Shown: in pieces, positions 63,381-64,000 of the stretch
How the letters are laid out: every line of letters starts with the position of its first letter
How positions within the stretch are numbered: the first letter of the stretch is position 1
From: Eledone cirrhosa
Taxonomy: Eukaryota
Assembly: GCA_964016885.1 (NCBI GenBank)
Contig: OZ024741.1
Span: forward strand, 157,046,001 to 157,110,000
DNA length: 64,000 nt
Direction of reading: 5' to 3'
Notes under the pieces: model-generated
Databases searched by the model: none
What the model was told of the DNA's origin: nothing
Seen by the model: only the letters and a program-made list of their open reading frames with translations
Translations under genes and position numbers: made by a program

Positions 63381-64000
63381 TCTATAATATAATACTTATA
63401 AAAAGGAAGTTTGTTTGTATGCTGACTGCTAATAACACTAAATTAAATTGGTAATAATCAAGGTTTTCATGTTTTTTTCAGCTAATATCACGCTGATATG
63501 CTCACAGTTGACTTTTTCTCCAAAAACAGAATGAGGGGACCTCGGATTTTCCCAGCCTCAGAGACTTCTTCAATGGGAATTTTTTCTTTTCTAGGTTTCT
63601 TTGTTTGTTTTTGAATGGTTGGACATCCAGCTCCCTCACCAACGACTTCTTTTTCAGAAAACAGAGGCAAGGAAGGGGTTGGACCCTTGGAGTTACAGAT
63701 AAGCACTTCTCAGCCATTTAAATTTATAGAAAAGCACCTGTTGGTGATCATGAAGAAGTATTTTTCCTAGGTTTTTTCATATGTTTCCAACTAATCTGAC
63801 TTCCGATATGCTTGCAATCGTCTTCTTTTCCGAAAAATTAAAGTGGGGTGGGACCTTCGAATTTTGCCAGCTTCGGAGATTCCTTCAGTGTGAATAACAG
63901 ACGCAGGAAGGGAGAGGTACCCTCGGAGTTACAGATAAGCACCTCTCTGCCGTTTAAATTTATAGAAAAACAATCCCTTGATACTGAAGGATGTTTTGAT
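63381..64000 (+). mobile_element. Probable Helitron-like element 5' part with internal direct repeats (runs off the window)
   Basis: Starts TCTATAATATAATACTTATAAAAAGGAAGTTTGTTTG. GGAGTTACAGATAAGCAC...TTTAAATTTATAGAAAA repeats at ~63689 and ~63925. Confidence 0.45.

Overview
AT-rich, repeat-saturated eukaryotic DNA, most likely a cephalopod (octopus-like) intron or intergenic region, judging from the SINE/RTE repertoire and the very dense (TA)n, (CA)n, (GAT)n and (TTA)n microsatellites. That organism call is an inference. I found no convincing host protein-coding gene; almost all listed ORFs are microsatellite artefacts. Recognisable content: RTE-clade LINE copies (two long ones with a PHD-like Cys/His finger inside the RT region), RLE-type (R4-like, CRE-like) LINE remnants, two main tRNA-derived SINE families, a mariner remnant, Tc1/mariner, piggyBac-like and hAT-like MITEs, a non-autonomous Helitron, a Penelope-like GIY-YIG element with ~375-bp inverted pLTRs, and a ~4.4-kb array of a 65-bp satellite. 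The most striking signal is about 15 type-I hammerhead-ribozyme motifs (CUGANGA...GAAA...UH) of about 9 distinct sequence types, read by eye. Six lie within 2.5 kb. Most sit in short fold-back elements abutting (TA)n tracts, including a palindrome with one ribozyme on each arm. The 65-bp satellite also carries hammerhead core boxes on its minus strand, but with non-canonical stems. All structures were inferred by inspection; nothing was folded or searched computationally.
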